The position numbers and the translations under genes are program-made. From positions 352,001 through 416,000 of the forward strand of contig CBDFGR010000002.1 in assembly GCA_965247115.1 (NCBI GenBank): 64,000 nucleotides of DNA, read 5' to 3'. This document shows positions 37,430 to 48,212 of the stretch, piece by piece. The notes beneath the pieces were generated by a model. It had not been told where the DNA came from. It saw only the letters and a program-made list of their open reading frames with translations, and did no database searches. This DNA comes from Myxococcota bacterium. Lineage in GTDB: Bacteria; Myxococcota_A; UBA9160; SZUA-336. The number at the start of each line of letters is the position of its first letter. Position 1 is the stretch's first letter.

Positions 37430-38415
37430 GCGCCTGCGTCTTTCGGCTCGGGGTTGTGGCAGGCAACCGCTTGACCACGCGCGACCATGCCGAGCTGAGG
37501 GTCGCTCCTCGTGCAGAGCGAGATCGCCCGCTCGCAGCGATCGCGGAACGAGCACCCCGACGGTCGGTCGACCAGGTCCGGGACCACGCCAGGAATCACA
37601 TGAAGCGGCTGCCGCGGCTTGCTCGTGGGTCCGGGCATTGCGCGCAGAAGGCCTCGCGTGTAGGGGTGCCTCGGAGCGCGGAATATCTCCGTGACGCTCC
37701 CGGTCTCGACCACGCGTCCGGCGTACAGGACGGCGACGCGCTGGGCGACCTCGGCAACGACACCGAGGTCGTGGGTGATCAGCATCACGGCCATGTTGAA
37801 GCGTTGCTTGAGCGTTTCGAGCAAGTCGAGGATCTGGGCCTGGATCGTGACGTCGAGCGCGGTGGTGGGCTCGTCGGCGATCAGCACGTCGGGATCGCAG
37901 GCCAGGGCCATGGCGATCATGACCCGCTGGCGCAGACCGCCCGACAGCTGGTGTGGGTAGTCGCGCAGCCGCGCCTGGGGCGCCGGGATTCCGACCAGCT
38001 CGAGCAGCTCGATGACCCGGCTGCGCCGCTCGCCGCGCTCCAGATCTGTATGGACCTCGAGCACCTCTTCGATCTGATCTCCCACTCGGAACACAGGGTT
38101 GAGGGACGTCATCGGCTCCTGGAAGATCATCGCGATGCGACGCCCGCGGATCTGGCGCAGCTCCTCTGGGCTCGAGCGCACGAGATCCCGCCCGTCGAAG
38201 AGGATCTCGCCCGCGTCGATGCTCCCCGGGGGCTCGGGAATCAGCCGGAGGATCGAGAGAGCAGTGACGGTCTTCCCGCAGCCCGACTCACCGACGACGC
38301 CGAGAGTCTCTCCCATGTGCAGATCGAGATCGACGTCGTCGACGGCAGGCAGCATTCCGTGCGCGGTCCGAAAGCTGGTTCGCAGCCCGCGCACGCTGAG
38401 CACGGGCTGGCTCAA
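37426..38415 (-). CDS. Oligopeptide/dipeptide ABC transporter ATP-binding subunit (OppD/DppD-like)
   Basis: [54 protein letters not shown]. Confidence 0.94.
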
Positions 38416-39158
38416 CGCTCCAGACTCTCGGGGGCGCGGAACAGCCCGCGGTCGAGCTCGGCGTTGAGCTCAACGGTCTTGAAGCGCAGGTCTGCATGGA
38501 GCTTGATGCGCGGGAAGCGGAGCACCATGCGATCCGGGAAGCGTCCGCCTGGTACGCTCTTCCAGCCCCGGTACTCCACGCTCCAGCGCACGTTGCCTCT
38601 GGCATCCAACGACGTGTAGAGCAGCAGGTCCCCGTCTGGACCGATGCGTAGTCGCGCGGAGTCGGTCCAGACCTCACGCTCGAGGTCCCGCGCGAACACC
38701 GCCTGCGGGGTGCCGCGCAGCGTGGTGGGCGCGCCGAGCAAGGCATCGACCGCCTCTGCGACGCCCAGGTCGAGACCGAGCGTATCGAGCAGCAAGAACG
38801 GCGAGACCTCGCCCGCCGCGAGCTCCACACCGTCGTAGTAGGTGTAGCGCTCGCCATCGGTGACGAGGAGCGTCTGCGTCTGCCCGAGCAGGTTCTGGCT
38901 CTCGAGCCGCAGCCAAGCCGGCCGCTCCGCAAGGATGATCTGGCGCACACGCCCGGATGTCGACCGAGACTCGAGCTTCATGCTGCCATCGGCGCGGACG
39001 CTGCGCCGCGCCTCCCCGAGCGCGTGGACGCGGCGCAGGCGCTCAGCGATCTGGTCGCGCTCGAAGTCCACGCGCGTGAAGTCCTCGCGCGGCGCGAGCG
39101 TAGCGCACGCGCCGAACTGCAGGCTGAGCAAGAGGGCTGCCGTTGCAGCCCGACTCAA
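38412..39158 (-). CDS. Outer-membrane lipoprotein, LolB/DUF4292-like fold
   Basis: TTG at 39158 overlapping the TPR gene stop, lipobox FGAC, beta-rich P..LRLE...LGQ segment; TPR-lolB synteny. Confidence 0.6.
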   Translation of the reverse strand: MSRAATAALLLSLQFGACATLAPREDFTRVDFERDQIAERLRRVHALGEARRSVRADGSMKLESRSTSGRVRQIILAERPAWLRLESQNLLGQTQTLLVTDGERYTYYDGVELAAGEVSPFLLLDTLGLDLGVAEAVDALLGAPTTLRGTPQAVFARDLEREVWTDSARLRIGPDGDLLLYTSLDARGNVRWSVEYRGWKSVPGGRFPDRMVLRFPRIKLHADLRFKTVELNAELDRGLFRAPESLER

Positions 39159-40966
39159 TTCGCTGCCTCGGGGACTCCTTGCAGTTCCAACTCGAGCAGC
39201 TCGATCTCGCCGCGGATCTTCTTGGCATCCGACTCCTGGGGTCCCAGCTCGAGCGCTCTTTGGTAGGCGGAAATGGCCTCGTCGAAGCGCGAGACGGAAC
39301 GGTAGGCGTCTCCGAGGTGCCATGTGATCACCGGATCGTCACGCTCGAGCAGCTCGAGTGCGAGCTCGAGCTGCTCGATGGCCTCGACGAACGAGCGTCG
39401 CGCCTCATCCGCCCTGCCCTCGGCCAGAAGCTTGAGGCCGCGCTGGTAGTGGACCCAGCCGAGGCTGTCGGTGATGTAGCCGTCGTCCGGCCGCAGCTCG
39501 ATCGCCCGCCGAATCAGCTGCTCGGCCTCGTCGAGACGCTCTCCCTGATCCGCCCAGGTGTAGCCCACGAAGTTCAGCGCGCTCGAGTGATTGCTCTCGA
39601 GCTCGAGCACCTGGTTCATCAGCTCCAGCGCCCGGTCGTCACGACCCGACTCGCTGTAGATGACACCCAGATCGTAGTAGAGGTCGGGATCGTCGGGGCG
39701 CGAGGCGATCAGTGACTCCATCGCGCTGATCGACTCGTCGTAGTGTCCGCTGCGTCCGAGCACGCCGGCCATGTAGACGGAGAGCGCGGTATTGTCGGGA
39801 TCCGCTGCGATGGCGCGGCGGATGTCCGCAAGCGCCTCGTCGTTCTCTCCCAGACCCTCGTTGATGCGCGCCATCAGGGCCCGGGCGTCGGCAAAGCGGT
39901 CCGAGCTCGGCGCGACGACCTCGAGGACCTCGAGCGCCGCGCCGTCGTCGTGGGCCTCATGATGGATCAGGCCGAGGAAGTAGCGCACCTCGTCGACGTA
40001 GCGCTGGCCTTCTCCCGTAGCACCGTTCGCACTCACCAGCTCGAAGCTCATGATGGCGTCGTCGAGCCGCCCCGCCTGGTAGTACAGGAAACCGAGACGG
40101 AACTGTGCTCCGAGGTAGCTCGGGTGGTACCCCACGAGCTGCTCGAGCGTCTCGATGGCGAGATCTCGGTCGCCGGCTTCCTCCTGGATCTGCGCCATTC
40201 GTGTCAGCGCAGCCGGGTCCCCTGGCACCAGATCGAGCTTGCGGCGCCACACCGCGAGCTCGCCGGGCTCGTCGTCGGCCGCGCGGCGGGTGCGTGCGAT
40301 CGCGTCGTAGAGTCCGCTCTGCTCGGAGTCCACCTCGAGCCCGCGCAGATACACCTCCTCGGCTCGTTCGAACTGCTGGTAGCGCTCGAGGGCGGCGCCG
40401 AGCGCGAAGTACCCGCGCAGATCATCCGGGTCCGCGGCGATCATCTCCTCGCCGACACGCATTGCCGACGGAAGCCGGCCGAGACGCAGATAGAGATCGA
40501 ACAGCGTGAAGAGACCCGCCGTCTCCAGCTCACCCGCCAGGTAGGGCGGCTCGAGCAGGGCGACGGCATCCTCCCAACGTCGCAGGTTCGCGTAGAGGGA
40601 GGCGAGGTTCGCGCGCAGGTTATCGTTTTCGGGATCGAGCTCAAAGGCGCGCTCGGCGTAGCCCACGGCTCGCTCGGGCTGACCCACGCGCACCCAGACC
40701 CCGGCCAGGTGGCCTTGCAGGCGCGACGAGTCGGGGTCGAAGCGCGCCGCCTCCTCGTAGGCCTCGGCCGCCTCGAGCAGGCGCCCGTCGAGCTCCAGTT
40801 GACGGGCGCGCAGGAACGCCGTCGAGGCCGCAACCTCCGTCGGGTACTCGATTGCGGCTGCTGGCGGGGCCTCGGGCTCAGGCGGCGGCGCGGGGGTCGC
40901 GCAGGCGGCCAGCCAGCTGGCCCCCAGGAGAGCACACAACGGAGCTCGGATGCGCGAACAAGCCAT
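39155..40966 (-). CDS. Multi-TPR lipoprotein
   Basis: Lipobox LAAC, many TPRs, ALNFVGYTWAD..L.EA..LI.RA..L.P..GYI.DSLGWV. Start uncertain (ATG at 40966 chosen). Confidence 0.85.
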   Translation of the reverse strand: MACSRIRAPLCALLGASWLAACATPAPPPEPEAPPAAAIEYPTEVAASTAFLRARQLELDGRLLEAAEAYEEAARFDPDSSRLQGHLAGVWVRVGQPERAVGYAERAFELDPENDNLRANLASLYANLRRWEDAVALLEPPYLAGELETAGLFTLFDLYLRLGRLPSAMRVGEEMIAADPDDLRGYFALGAALERYQQFERAEEVYLRGLEVDSEQSGLYDAIARTRRAADDEPGELAVWRRKLDLVPGDPAALTRMAQIQEEAGDRDLAIETLEQLVGYHPSYLGAQFRLGFLYYQAGRLDDAIMSFELVSANGATGEGQRYVDEVRYFLGLIHHEAHDDGAALEVLEVVAPSSDRFADARALMARINEGLGENDEALADIRRAIAADPDNTALSVYMAGVLGRSGHYDESISAMESLIASRPDDPDLYYDLGVIYSESGRDDRALELMNQVLELESNHSSALNFVGYTWADQGERLDEAEQLIRRAIELRPDDGYITDSLGWVHYQRGLKLLAEGRADEARRSFVEAIEQLELALELLERDDPVITWHLGDAYRSVSRFDEAISAYQRALELGPQESDAKKIRGEIELLELELQGVPEAAN

Positions 40967-41134
40967 GCTGCGGGATCCAACCGGGGCGGGCATTACAGAG
41001 AAACCCAAGTAAGTTCGGCATCCTAGCAATGGTCGTAGGGGGCGGCAATCCGGCGCACCCGGGGCTGGCAGCGGTAGCCTCAGGCTGCGTTCAAGCGTAC
41101 GCATGGCCACTGCCGGCGGCGCAGACCCTTCCTG

Positions 41135-41740
41135 TCAACGCGTGACGCCTGAACGACGGAGGTGCGTCCGGACTTGCTCGACGCACGTCTCGAGATCCAC
41201 CTCCGCTGTCCGGAGCACGATGTCGGGACGCTCCGGCCGCTCGTAGGGGGCACTGATGCCAGTGAAGTCGGGAAGCTCGCCGGCCCGGGCCTTCGCGTAG
41301 AGCCCCTTCACGTCGCGGCGCTCGCACTCCTCGAGCGGGCAGTCGACGAGCACCTCGATGAAGCTACGGGGTGCCAGCATCTCCCTCACCCGCTCGCGGT
41401 CCTTCCTGTAGGGGGAGATGAAGGCAGTCAACACGATCACTCCCGCCTCGTTGAACAGGCTCGAGAGCTCGCCGCAACGGCGGATGTTCTCGCTCCGATC
41501 AGCGGCGGCAAAGCCGAGGTCGGAGTTCAGACCCGAGCGAAGATTGTCCCCGTCGAGTACGTAGGCACAGACGCCTTGCTCGATGAGCGCCTTCTCGACT
41601 GCCCGCGCGCAGGTCGACTTGCCGGAGCCCGAGAGCCCCGTGAACCAGACCGTCGCCGCAGCGTGGCCCAGCAGACGGACGCGATCCTCGCGCGACACCT
41701 GGCTTTGGCTTGGCGCGACGCTCTCCGGCTCGCGACTCAT
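41135..41740 (-). CDS. cysC: Adenylyl-sulfate (APS) kinase
   Basis: [55 protein letters not shown] overlap with iscS. Confidence 0.96.
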   Translation of the reverse strand: MSREPESVAPSQSQVSREDRVRLLGHAAATVWFTGLSGSGKSTCARAVEKALIEQGVCAYVLDGDNLRSGLNSDLGFAAADRSENIRRCGELSSLFNEAGVIVLTAFISPYRKDRERVREMLAPRSFIEVLVDCPLEECERRDVKGLYAKARAGELPDFTGISAPYERPERPDIVLRTAEVDLETCVEQVRTHLRRSGVTR

Positions 41741-42924
41741 CTGTCCCGCTTCACCTGTTGCCAGACCGGCGAGAGTGCGCGCAAGCGCCGCGTCTGCTCG
41801 ATCAACAGCTCCGCCGCAATGTCGACCTCCTCTTGCGTGGTCGAACGCCCGAGCCCGAAGCGCAGCGAGCTGAGCGCCCGCTCCTCGTCGAGCCCAAGCG
41901 CGCGTAGCACGTGAGATGGCTCCCGGGTCGCCGAGGTGCAGGCGGATCCCGAGGACACTGCCAGGTCGGGGAGCGCCACCAGCAGCGCCTCGCCCTCCAC
42001 GCCAAGAAAGCTCACGTTCAAGCTCCCCGGAAGGCGGCGCACCGCATCGCCATTCAGCTCCAGCGCCCCGAGCTCGGTCGACAGCCGCTTCCACAGGCTC
42101 TCGGTAAGGCGGGCCAGTCGGCGCGCCTCATCCTCGCGCAGCTCACACACGAGCTCGCAAGCCCGGCCGAAGCCGACGCAGAGGGGGACCGGCAGGGTCC
42201 CGCTGCGCAGGCCCCGTTCGTGACCGCCGCCGTGCAGGATCGGCTCGAGTCGCAGGCGTGCACCCCGTCGCACCCAGAGAGCGCCGACCCCCTTTGGTCC
42301 GTACAGCTTGTGGGCCGAGAGGGACAGCACGTCGACGCCGAGCTCGCGAACGTTGAGCGGGAGCTTCCCGCCGGATTGCGCCGCATCGCTGTGGAGCGGG
42401 ACTCCGCGCGCAGACGCGATGGCGGCGATCTCTTCGAGCGGCTGAATGACGCCGATCTCGTTGTTCGCGTGCATCACGGACAGCAGCACCGCCTCGTCGT
42501 CGAGAGATCCCGTGAGCCGTTCGAGGTCGACGAGCCCGCCCCGATCGACCGGCAGATAGGTGACCCGAAAGCCCTCCTTCTCGAGCGCGCGACAGGGATC
42601 GAGCACCGCGCGATGCTCGGTCTGGACCGTCACGACGTGCCGGCCGTGCTCCCGCCGCGCACGCGCGATCCCGAGGATCGCGAGGTTGTTCGACTCGGTC
42701 GCGCCCGAGGTGAACACGAGCTCGCGGGGGTCGGCGCCAATCAGGTCCGCGAGCTGCTGCCGAGACGCCTCGACGGCCTCGTCGGCCTTCCAGCCGAACG
42801 CGTGCGTCTTGCTCGCAGCGTTCCCGAACTCGTCGGTCCACCAGGGCGCCATGGCCTCGACAACGCGCGGATCACAGGGCGTGGTCGCGTGGTGATCCAG
42901 ATAGATCGGAAAGCGAACGGACAT
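41737..42924 (-). CDS. iscS: Cysteine desulfurase (IscS/NifS)
   Basis: [29 protein letters not shown] (PLP Lys), [20 protein letters not shown]. Confidence 0.93.
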   Translation of the reverse strand: MSVRFPIYLDHHATTPCDPRVVEAMAPWWTDEFGNAASKTHAFGWKADEAVEASRQQLADLIGADPRELVFTSGATESNNLAILGIARARREHGRHVVTVQTEHRAVLDPCRALEKEGFRVTYLPVDRGGLVDLERLTGSLDDEAVLLSVMHANNEIGVIQPLEEIAAIASARGVPLHSDAAQSGGKLPLNVRELGVDVLSLSAHKLYGPKGVGALWVRRGARLRLEPILHGGGHERGLRSGTLPVPLCVGFGRACELVCELREDEARRLARLTESLWKRLSTELGALELNGDAVRRLPGSLNVSFLGVEGEALLVALPDLAVSSGSACTSATREPSHVLRALGLDEERALSSLRFGLGRSTTQEEVDIAAELLIEQTRRLRALSPVWQQVKRDR

Positions 42925-42932
42925 CGCGGCGC

Positions 42933-43262
42933 CTACGCGCCGAAGCTCTCCCCGCAGCCGCAGGTGGAGCTGGCGTTCGGGTTCTCGATCTTGAAGCCGC
43001 TCCCGTTCAGGTCGTCGACGTAGTCGACGCTAGCGCCTGCAAGGTAGACCGCACTCTTCGAGTCCACGAAAACGGGGACTCCGAACTGCTTGGACTCCTG
43101 GTCCCAATCCGTTGGGACGTTGTCGAACATGAGCTGGTACTGGAGCCCTGCACAGCCACCGCCCACGACTTTGACACGCAGGCCAAAGCCGTCGCGCCCA
43201 TCGCGGTGAATGAGCTGCTTGACCTTGCTCGCGGCTGCCTCGGTAAGGCTGATGACGGACAT
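42933..43262 (-). CDS. A-type Fe-S carrier (IscA/ErpA/HesB)
   Basis: [12 protein letters not shown]...TCGCGESF. Confidence 0.94.
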   Translation of the reverse strand: MSVISLTEAAASKVKQLIHRDGRDGFGLRVKVVGGGCAGLQYQLMFDNVPTDWDQESKQFGVPVFVDSKSAVYLAGASVDYVDDLNGSGFKIENPNASSTCGCGESFGA

Positions 43263-43327
43263 GCACTGCCTCCGTGCGGGGCCCCTAGTCTACGGGGATT
43301 CCAGCGCCTCGCAAGCGTCCACATCGC

Positions 43328-44095
43328 TCATCGGGCACTCCCCGCGAGATCTGTAGAGTCGGGCTGCCGGAGTAGCACGAAGCGCTCGCGGTTGCCCTTG
43401 GGACCGGCCAGAACGCTCTCTGCCTCGGCGAGGCAGCGGAGGCCCATATCCTCGGCGACCTCGCGAACGCGGCGGCTTGCCAGCAGACGCTTGGCCGCAT
43501 CTCGGACCACGCCCCCTCGACCCACAAGGGAGCGCTCGAGCTCGAACTGCGGCTTCACGAGGACGAGCAGGCGGCCCCCCGTGCTCGTGAGCGCGGCGAG
43601 CTGCGGCAATACCCTGCGAAGAGAGATGAAGGAGAGATCCGCAGTCACGAGGTCGAAGCGGGGCTCGGCCGGATCGAGCTCGAACGTGCGAACGTTCGTG
43701 CGCTCGCACACGAGTACGCGTGGGTCCTCGCGCAGGCTGAGCGCCAGCTGCCCGTACCCCACGTCGAGTGCGAACACGGACGCGGCGCCGTGCTGAAGCA
43801 GGCAGTCTGTGAAGCCGCCGGTCGACGCACCAATGTCGGCACAGCGGAGCCCGGTCGGATCGAGCGCAAACGCAGCAAGCGCGCCTGCGAGCTTCTCGCC
43901 GCCGCGCGAGACATACGGGCTGCGCGCTCGCAGCGTGAGTACGGAGTCGGCGGGCACGACGCTGCCCGGCTTGTCCAGGATCCGATCTCCCAGGCGCACA
44001 TCGCCGGCCCGGATGCGCGCCTGGGCGCGGCTCCGCGTCTCTTCGAGACCCAGCTCGACGACGCGCGTGTCCACCCGGACGCGTTCGCCCGTCAC
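43328..44095 (-). CDS. tlyA: TlyA family rRNA 2'-O-methyltransferase
   Basis: S4 domain, YVSRGGEKL, DIGASTGGFTDCLLQ, DLSFISL, LVKPQFE, GPKGNRE. Confidence 0.95.
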   Translation of the reverse strand: MTGERVRVDTRVVELGLEETRSRAQARIRAGDVRLGDRILDKPGSVVPADSVLTLRARSPYVSRGGEKLAGALAAFALDPTGLRCADIGASTGGFTDCLLQHGAASVFALDVGYGQLALSLREDPRVLVCERTNVRTFELDPAEPRFDLVTADLSFISLRRVLPQLAALTSTGGRLLVLVKPQFELERSLVGRGGVVRDAAKRLLASRRVREVAEDMGLRCLAEAESVLAGPKGNRERFVLLRQPDSTDLAGSAR

Positions 44096-45981
44096 TGTCG
44101 GCCGAGAAGCTCCCGCACGGCCCGCTCGATTCCGGCCGCGTCAAGCCCCAGCTCCGCTCGCCATTCGGCCTGAGAGCCGTGCTCGATCAGCTCGTCGCGC
44201 ACGCCCAGCGCGCGCAGCGGAACCTGGATGCCCTCCGCCGCCAGCGAGGCCGCGACCGCGTCACCAAAGCCACCCATGCTGCTGTGCTCCTCGATCACGA
44301 CCAGCACCCGGCAGCGCCGCCCGAGCGTAGCCAGCCAGCGCGCATCCAGCGGCTTGACGAAGCGGGCGTTCAGCACGGCGGTGGAGATGCCAGCCGCCTC
44401 GAGCTCCCCCGCGGCCAGACTGGCCTCGTGCACGCTCACGCCGATGGCGATCAGTCCCACGTCTGTACCATCACGCAGGAGCTCCGCCTCTCCAAGCGCG
44501 AGCGTCTTGACATCGGAATCCAGCGGAACACCGAGCCCGGGTCCGCGGGGGAAGCGGACGGCCGCAGGCCCGGGGTGCTCGATGGCCGTCTTCAGCATCT
44601 GGCGCAGCTCGTTCTCATCCTTGGGCGCCATCACGATCATGTTCGGGAGGGTCCGCAGGTAGGCGAAGTCGAACAGTCCCTGGTGCGTCGCGCCGTCTGC
44701 GCCCACGAGCCCCGCGCGGTCGAGCACCAGGGTGACGTCGAGATTCTGCACGCAGACGTCGTGGACGATCTGATCGTAGGCCCGCTGCAGGAAGGTCGAG
44801 TAGATCGCACAGACCGGCTTCATCCCGCCCGTTGCGAGACCGGCGGCGAAGGTCACCGCGTGCTGCTCTGCAATGCCCACGTCGTAGAAGCGATCGGGGA
44901 AGGCCCGCTCGAAGCGGTCGAGTCCGGTCCCTCCCGCCATCGCCGCGGTGATGCCCACGATGCGAGCGTCGTCGTGTGCGAGCGCGATCAGCGCGTCGGC
45001 AAAGATCTCCGTCCAGGAGGGGGGGCCGCCGCTCGACTTCTTCATCGCGCCAGAGGACACTTCGAACTGCGAGACCCCGTGGTACTTGATCGGGTCCGAC
45101 TGCGAGGGCGCGTAGCCATAGCCCTTTTCCGTGCGGCAATGGACGAGGACTGGGTGTTCGTTCTCTTCGATGTCCCGCACGTTCTTGAAGGTCTCGATCA
45201 GCTCGTCGAGGTCGTGCCCGTCGATCGGACCGATGTAGTTGAAGCCGAGCCCCTCGAACAGCTGCGCGGGCGATATGAAGCCCTTGAAGCTCTGCTCCGC
45301 GCGCCGCGCGAGCTCGACCAGCTCATCGCCGGCGATCGGCACGGACTCGAGGAACGCTTTGACCGCGTGCTTCAGCCGTCGCACTTGCGGCGCAGACCAT
45401 CGGCGCGCGAGAAAGCTCGTGAGCGCACCCACGTTCCTCGAGATCGACATCTCGTTGTCGTTGAGGACGACGAGCAGGTTCGAGAGCTTGAGATAGCCGG
45501 CGTTGTTGAGCCCCTCGTAGGCCATTCCCGCGGTCAGCGCACCATCGCCGATCACGGCGATCGTCTTGTTGCTCTCGCCGCGGCGCCGCAGCGCCTCGGC
45601 GACCCCGGTCGCAGCCGAGATCGACGTGCCCGCATGGCCCGCGCCGAACACGTCGTAGGGCGACTCGTGGCGACGCAGGAACTTTCCCATGCCGTCCTTC
45701 TTGCCGATCGAGGGGAACTGCTCGCGGCGGCCGGTCAGCATCTTGTGCGGATAACCCTGGTGGCCAACGTCCCAGATCAGGCGGTCCCTCGGCGTGTCGA
45801 ACACGTAGTGGAGCGCGGTCGCGAGCTCGACCGCTCCCAGACCCGCCGCGAGGTGACCGCCCGTCTTCGAGACCGTCTCGATGATGGCACTGCGAAGCGC
45901 TGCGGCTACCTCGGTCATGCGTTCCGGGGGAAGGCTCCGCAGGTCCTGCGGCGAGAGAATCTGATCCAGGATCGAGGTCAT
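44092..45981 (-). CDS. dxs: 1-deoxy-D-xylulose-5-phosphate synthase
   Basis: GGHL..GLG, WDVGHQ.YPHK, GDGA...GMAYE.LNN, NDNEMSIS, GIAEQHA, DRAGLVGADG.TH. Confidence 0.98.
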   Translation of the reverse strand: MTSILDQILSPQDLRSLPPERMTEVAAALRSAIIETVSKTGGHLAAGLGAVELATALHYVFDTPRDRLIWDVGHQGYPHKMLTGRREQFPSIGKKDGMGKFLRRHESPYDVFGAGHAGTSISAATGVAEALRRRGESNKTIAVIGDGALTAGMAYEGLNNAGYLKLSNLLVVLNDNEMSISRNVGALTSFLARRWSAPQVRRLKHAVKAFLESVPIAGDELVELARRAEQSFKGFISPAQLFEGLGFNYIGPIDGHDLDELIETFKNVRDIEENEHPVLVHCRTEKGYGYAPSQSDPIKYHGVSQFEVSSGAMKKSSGGPPSWTEIFADALIALAHDDARIVGITAAMAGGTGLDRFERAFPDRFYDVGIAEQHAVTFAAGLATGGMKPVCAIYSTFLQRAYDQIVHDVCVQNLDVTLVLDRAGLVGADGATHQGLFDFAYLRTLPNMIVMAPKDENELRQMLKTAIEHPGPAAVRFPRGPGLGVPLDSDVKTLALGEAELLRDGTDVGLIAIGVSVHEASLAAGELEAAGISTAVLNARFVKPLDARWLATLGRRCRVLVVIEEHSSMGGFGDAVAASLAAEGIQVPLRALGVRDELIEHGSQAEWRAELGLDAAGIERAVRELLGRQ

Positions 45982-45988
45982 GCGGTAC

Positions 45989-46822
45989 CTACGGTAACCG
46001 CTGCGTCAGGCTCTCGGCCAGCCCTCGCAGGGCCCAGGTCGCAGGGCCGACCGGCTCGAGAGCCTCGAGGGCGAACCCGATCTGCGCCTGTGCGAGTCGC
46101 CGTGCGTTGGCGGCATCCGTCACGGCCAGGATCGAGCACTCGTCGGTGCCGGCGTCGAGCAGGTCGTCGACCAGCTGGTAGGCCAGGCCGTAGGCATGCC
46201 CGTACGCGTCGAGTCGCTCCAGATCCGGCCTCTCGAGCCCGCCGAGCAGTCCGCCGGACCAGGCCGAGAACTCGAACAGCGCGGCCGTCTTTCGGGAGTG
46301 GATTCGCGTGATGGAGGCGAGATCGGCTCCGCCGGCCTCGAAGCCAAGGTCGTCGACCTGTCCCCCCAGCAGGACCCGGGAGCCGGCGGCCCGGACCAAA
46401 CGTGCGACCAGCGCGGACGGGATCCCATCCAGCGCCAGCTGCCCGATGGCCTCGGCGAAGAGCCCATTCCCGGCGAGGATCGCAGTCGCCTCATCCCAGA
46501 CCACGTGTACCGTGCGGCGTCCGCGGCGCTCGTCGTCGTCGTCCATCGCGGGCAGGTCGTCGTGTACGAGCGAATAGGTATGGACGAGCTCGATCGCGGC
46601 GGCCGCGGGCAGCGCGCGACTTGGATCCGCTCCGGCTGCGAGCGCGCCAGCGAATACCATCGCCGGACGCAGCCGCTTGCCGCCGGAGAAGACCGCATAG
46701 CGCATCGCCTCGTGAAGCGAGGCGGGCGGCTCGTCCGGCGGGGGAAGGAACAGGTCCAGGTGCTTGTCGATCCGCTCGCGGCTCTGCGCGAGGAACGCGT
46801 CGACCGAGACGGGGGGGCTCAT
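45989..46822 (-). CDS. ispA: Polyprenyl (farnesyl/geranylgeranyl) diphosphate synthase
   Basis: GGKRLRP, HDDLPAMDDDDERRG, GQ..D, KTAALF, YQLVDDLLD; upstream of dxs. Confidence 0.85.
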   Translation of the reverse strand: MSPPVSVDAFLAQSRERIDKHLDLFLPPPDEPPASLHEAMRYAVFSGGKRLRPAMVFAGALAAGADPSRALPAAAAIELVHTYSLVHDDLPAMDDDDERRGRRTVHVVWDEATAILAGNGLFAEAIGQLALDGIPSALVARLVRAAGSRVLLGGQVDDLGFEAGGADLASITRIHSRKTAALFEFSAWSGGLLGGLERPDLERLDAYGHAYGLAYQLVDDLLDAGTDECSILAVTDAANARRLAQAQIGFALEALEPVGPATWALRGLAESLTQRLP

Positions 46823-46838
46823 GGGTGGCGTCCCGGAC

Positions 46839-48200
46839 TCAGGAACCGTCCGGCAGCTCGAGCTTGGAGAAGACGGTCCAGCTCTTGAGCAGGTCCACCG
46901 CGCGGCTGAGCTGGCGATCAAAGGGCAGCCTGCGGACGAACGCCTCCTCTTTGCTGAGGACGGGCTCCTCCTCGCTCGGAGTCTCCGCGGTCTCCGTCGT
47001 CTCTGCCGCAAAGTGCCCGGCCAGATCCTCCTCGCCAAAGCTCTTCTGCTCGCCCGCCTCCCGCAGCGCCGCCACCTCGCTCTCGGTGTACGGATCCTCC
47101 AGGATGTCAGGCTGAATGCGGGTCTCCTGGATGCTGCGACCGCTGGGCAGGTAGTAGAGCGCCGTCGTCAGGCGCAGGCCCGACCCATCGTCGAGCGGAA
47201 TGATGGTCTGCACGGAGCCCTTGCCGAAAGTCTCCTTTCCGAGCACGACCGCGCGCCCGTGATCCTGGAGCGCTCCGGCGACGATCTCCGACGCCGAGGC
47301 GCTGCCGCTGTTGACGAGAACCACCATCGGGTACGTCGGCTGGGTACCCTCGCGCTTGGCGCTCCACTCCATGCGATTGCCGCCCCCGCGACCCTCCGAG
47401 AAGACGATCAGGCCGTCTGTGAGGAACACGTCAGCGACCTCTACAGCCTGCTGGAGCAGACCGCCCGGATTGTCTCGCAGGTCGAGCACGAGCCCACGGA
47501 CGTGGGGCACCGGCCCGGAGACTTCCTCCAGCGCCTCCAGCAGCTCGTGAGCCGTGCGCTCTTGAAACTGACTCACGCGCACATAGGGGATGTCGGAGTC
47601 GATGACATGCCAGCTGACGCTCGACAGCCGGATCGAGGCCCGTTTGATGATGAAGGGCTTCGGCGCCTCCCAGCCCTCGCGAGCGACCTCAATCATGATC
47701 TTGGTGCCACGGGGACCGCGCATGAGCTTCACGGCCTCGATCAGGTTCATGTCCTGCGTGGACCGGCAGCTCTCTTCCGTCGTATCCGGACAGACGCGCA
47801 CGATCTGATCGGCCGCGCGGATACCCGCCTGCTGCGCGGGCGTGCCGTCGATCGGCGCGACGACGGTCACGAAGCCGTCGCGCTGCGTGATCTCGATCCC
47901 GAGACCCTCGAACTCTCCCTTCGTGTCGCGCTGGACCTCCTCGTAGAGCTCTGGCGAGAGATAGGTCGTGTGGGGATCGAGGACGTCGAGCATGCCCTTG
48001 ACAGCACCCTCGACCAGCTCGCGCTCGTCCACGTCCGTGACGTAGTGGGATTTCACCAGGTGGATCACGGTGGGGAGCAGATCGAGGTCCCCGTAGTTGT
48101 TCGCGGCAAAGCTGGGACGCAAGGCGCCTGCGCCGCTGAGCAGGAGCAGCCCCAGGGCCAGCGCCAGCGTCGCGGTTCCGAACAGTCGAAGCTTTCTCAT
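46839..48200 (-). CDS. ctpA: Carboxyl-terminal processing protease (S41)
   Basis: Signal peptide, LDPHT, GLGIEI (PDZ), DLRDNPGG, SASASEIVAGALQD, TFGKGSVQ. Confidence 0.93.
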   Translation of the reverse strand: MRKLRLFGTATLALALGLLLLSGAGALRPSFAANNYGDLDLLPTVIHLVKSHYVTDVDERELVEGAVKGMLDVLDPHTTYLSPELYEEVQRDTKGEFEGLGIEITQRDGFVTVVAPIDGTPAQQAGIRAADQIVRVCPDTTEESCRSTQDMNLIEAVKLMRGPRGTKIMIEVAREGWEAPKPFIIKRASIRLSSVSWHVIDSDIPYVRVSQFQERTAHELLEALEEVSGPVPHVRGLVLDLRDNPGGLLQQAVEVADVFLTDGLIVFSEGRGGGNRMEWSAKREGTQPTYPMVVLVNSGSASASEIVAGALQDHGRAVVLGKETFGKGSVQTIIPLDDGSGLRLTTALYYLPSGRSIQETRIQPDILEDPYTESEVAALREAGEQKSFGEEDLAGHFAAETTETAETPSEEEPVLSKEEAFVRRLPFDRQLSRAVDLLKSWTVFSKLELPDGS

Positions 48201-48212
48201 GCCGTTCCTTCT

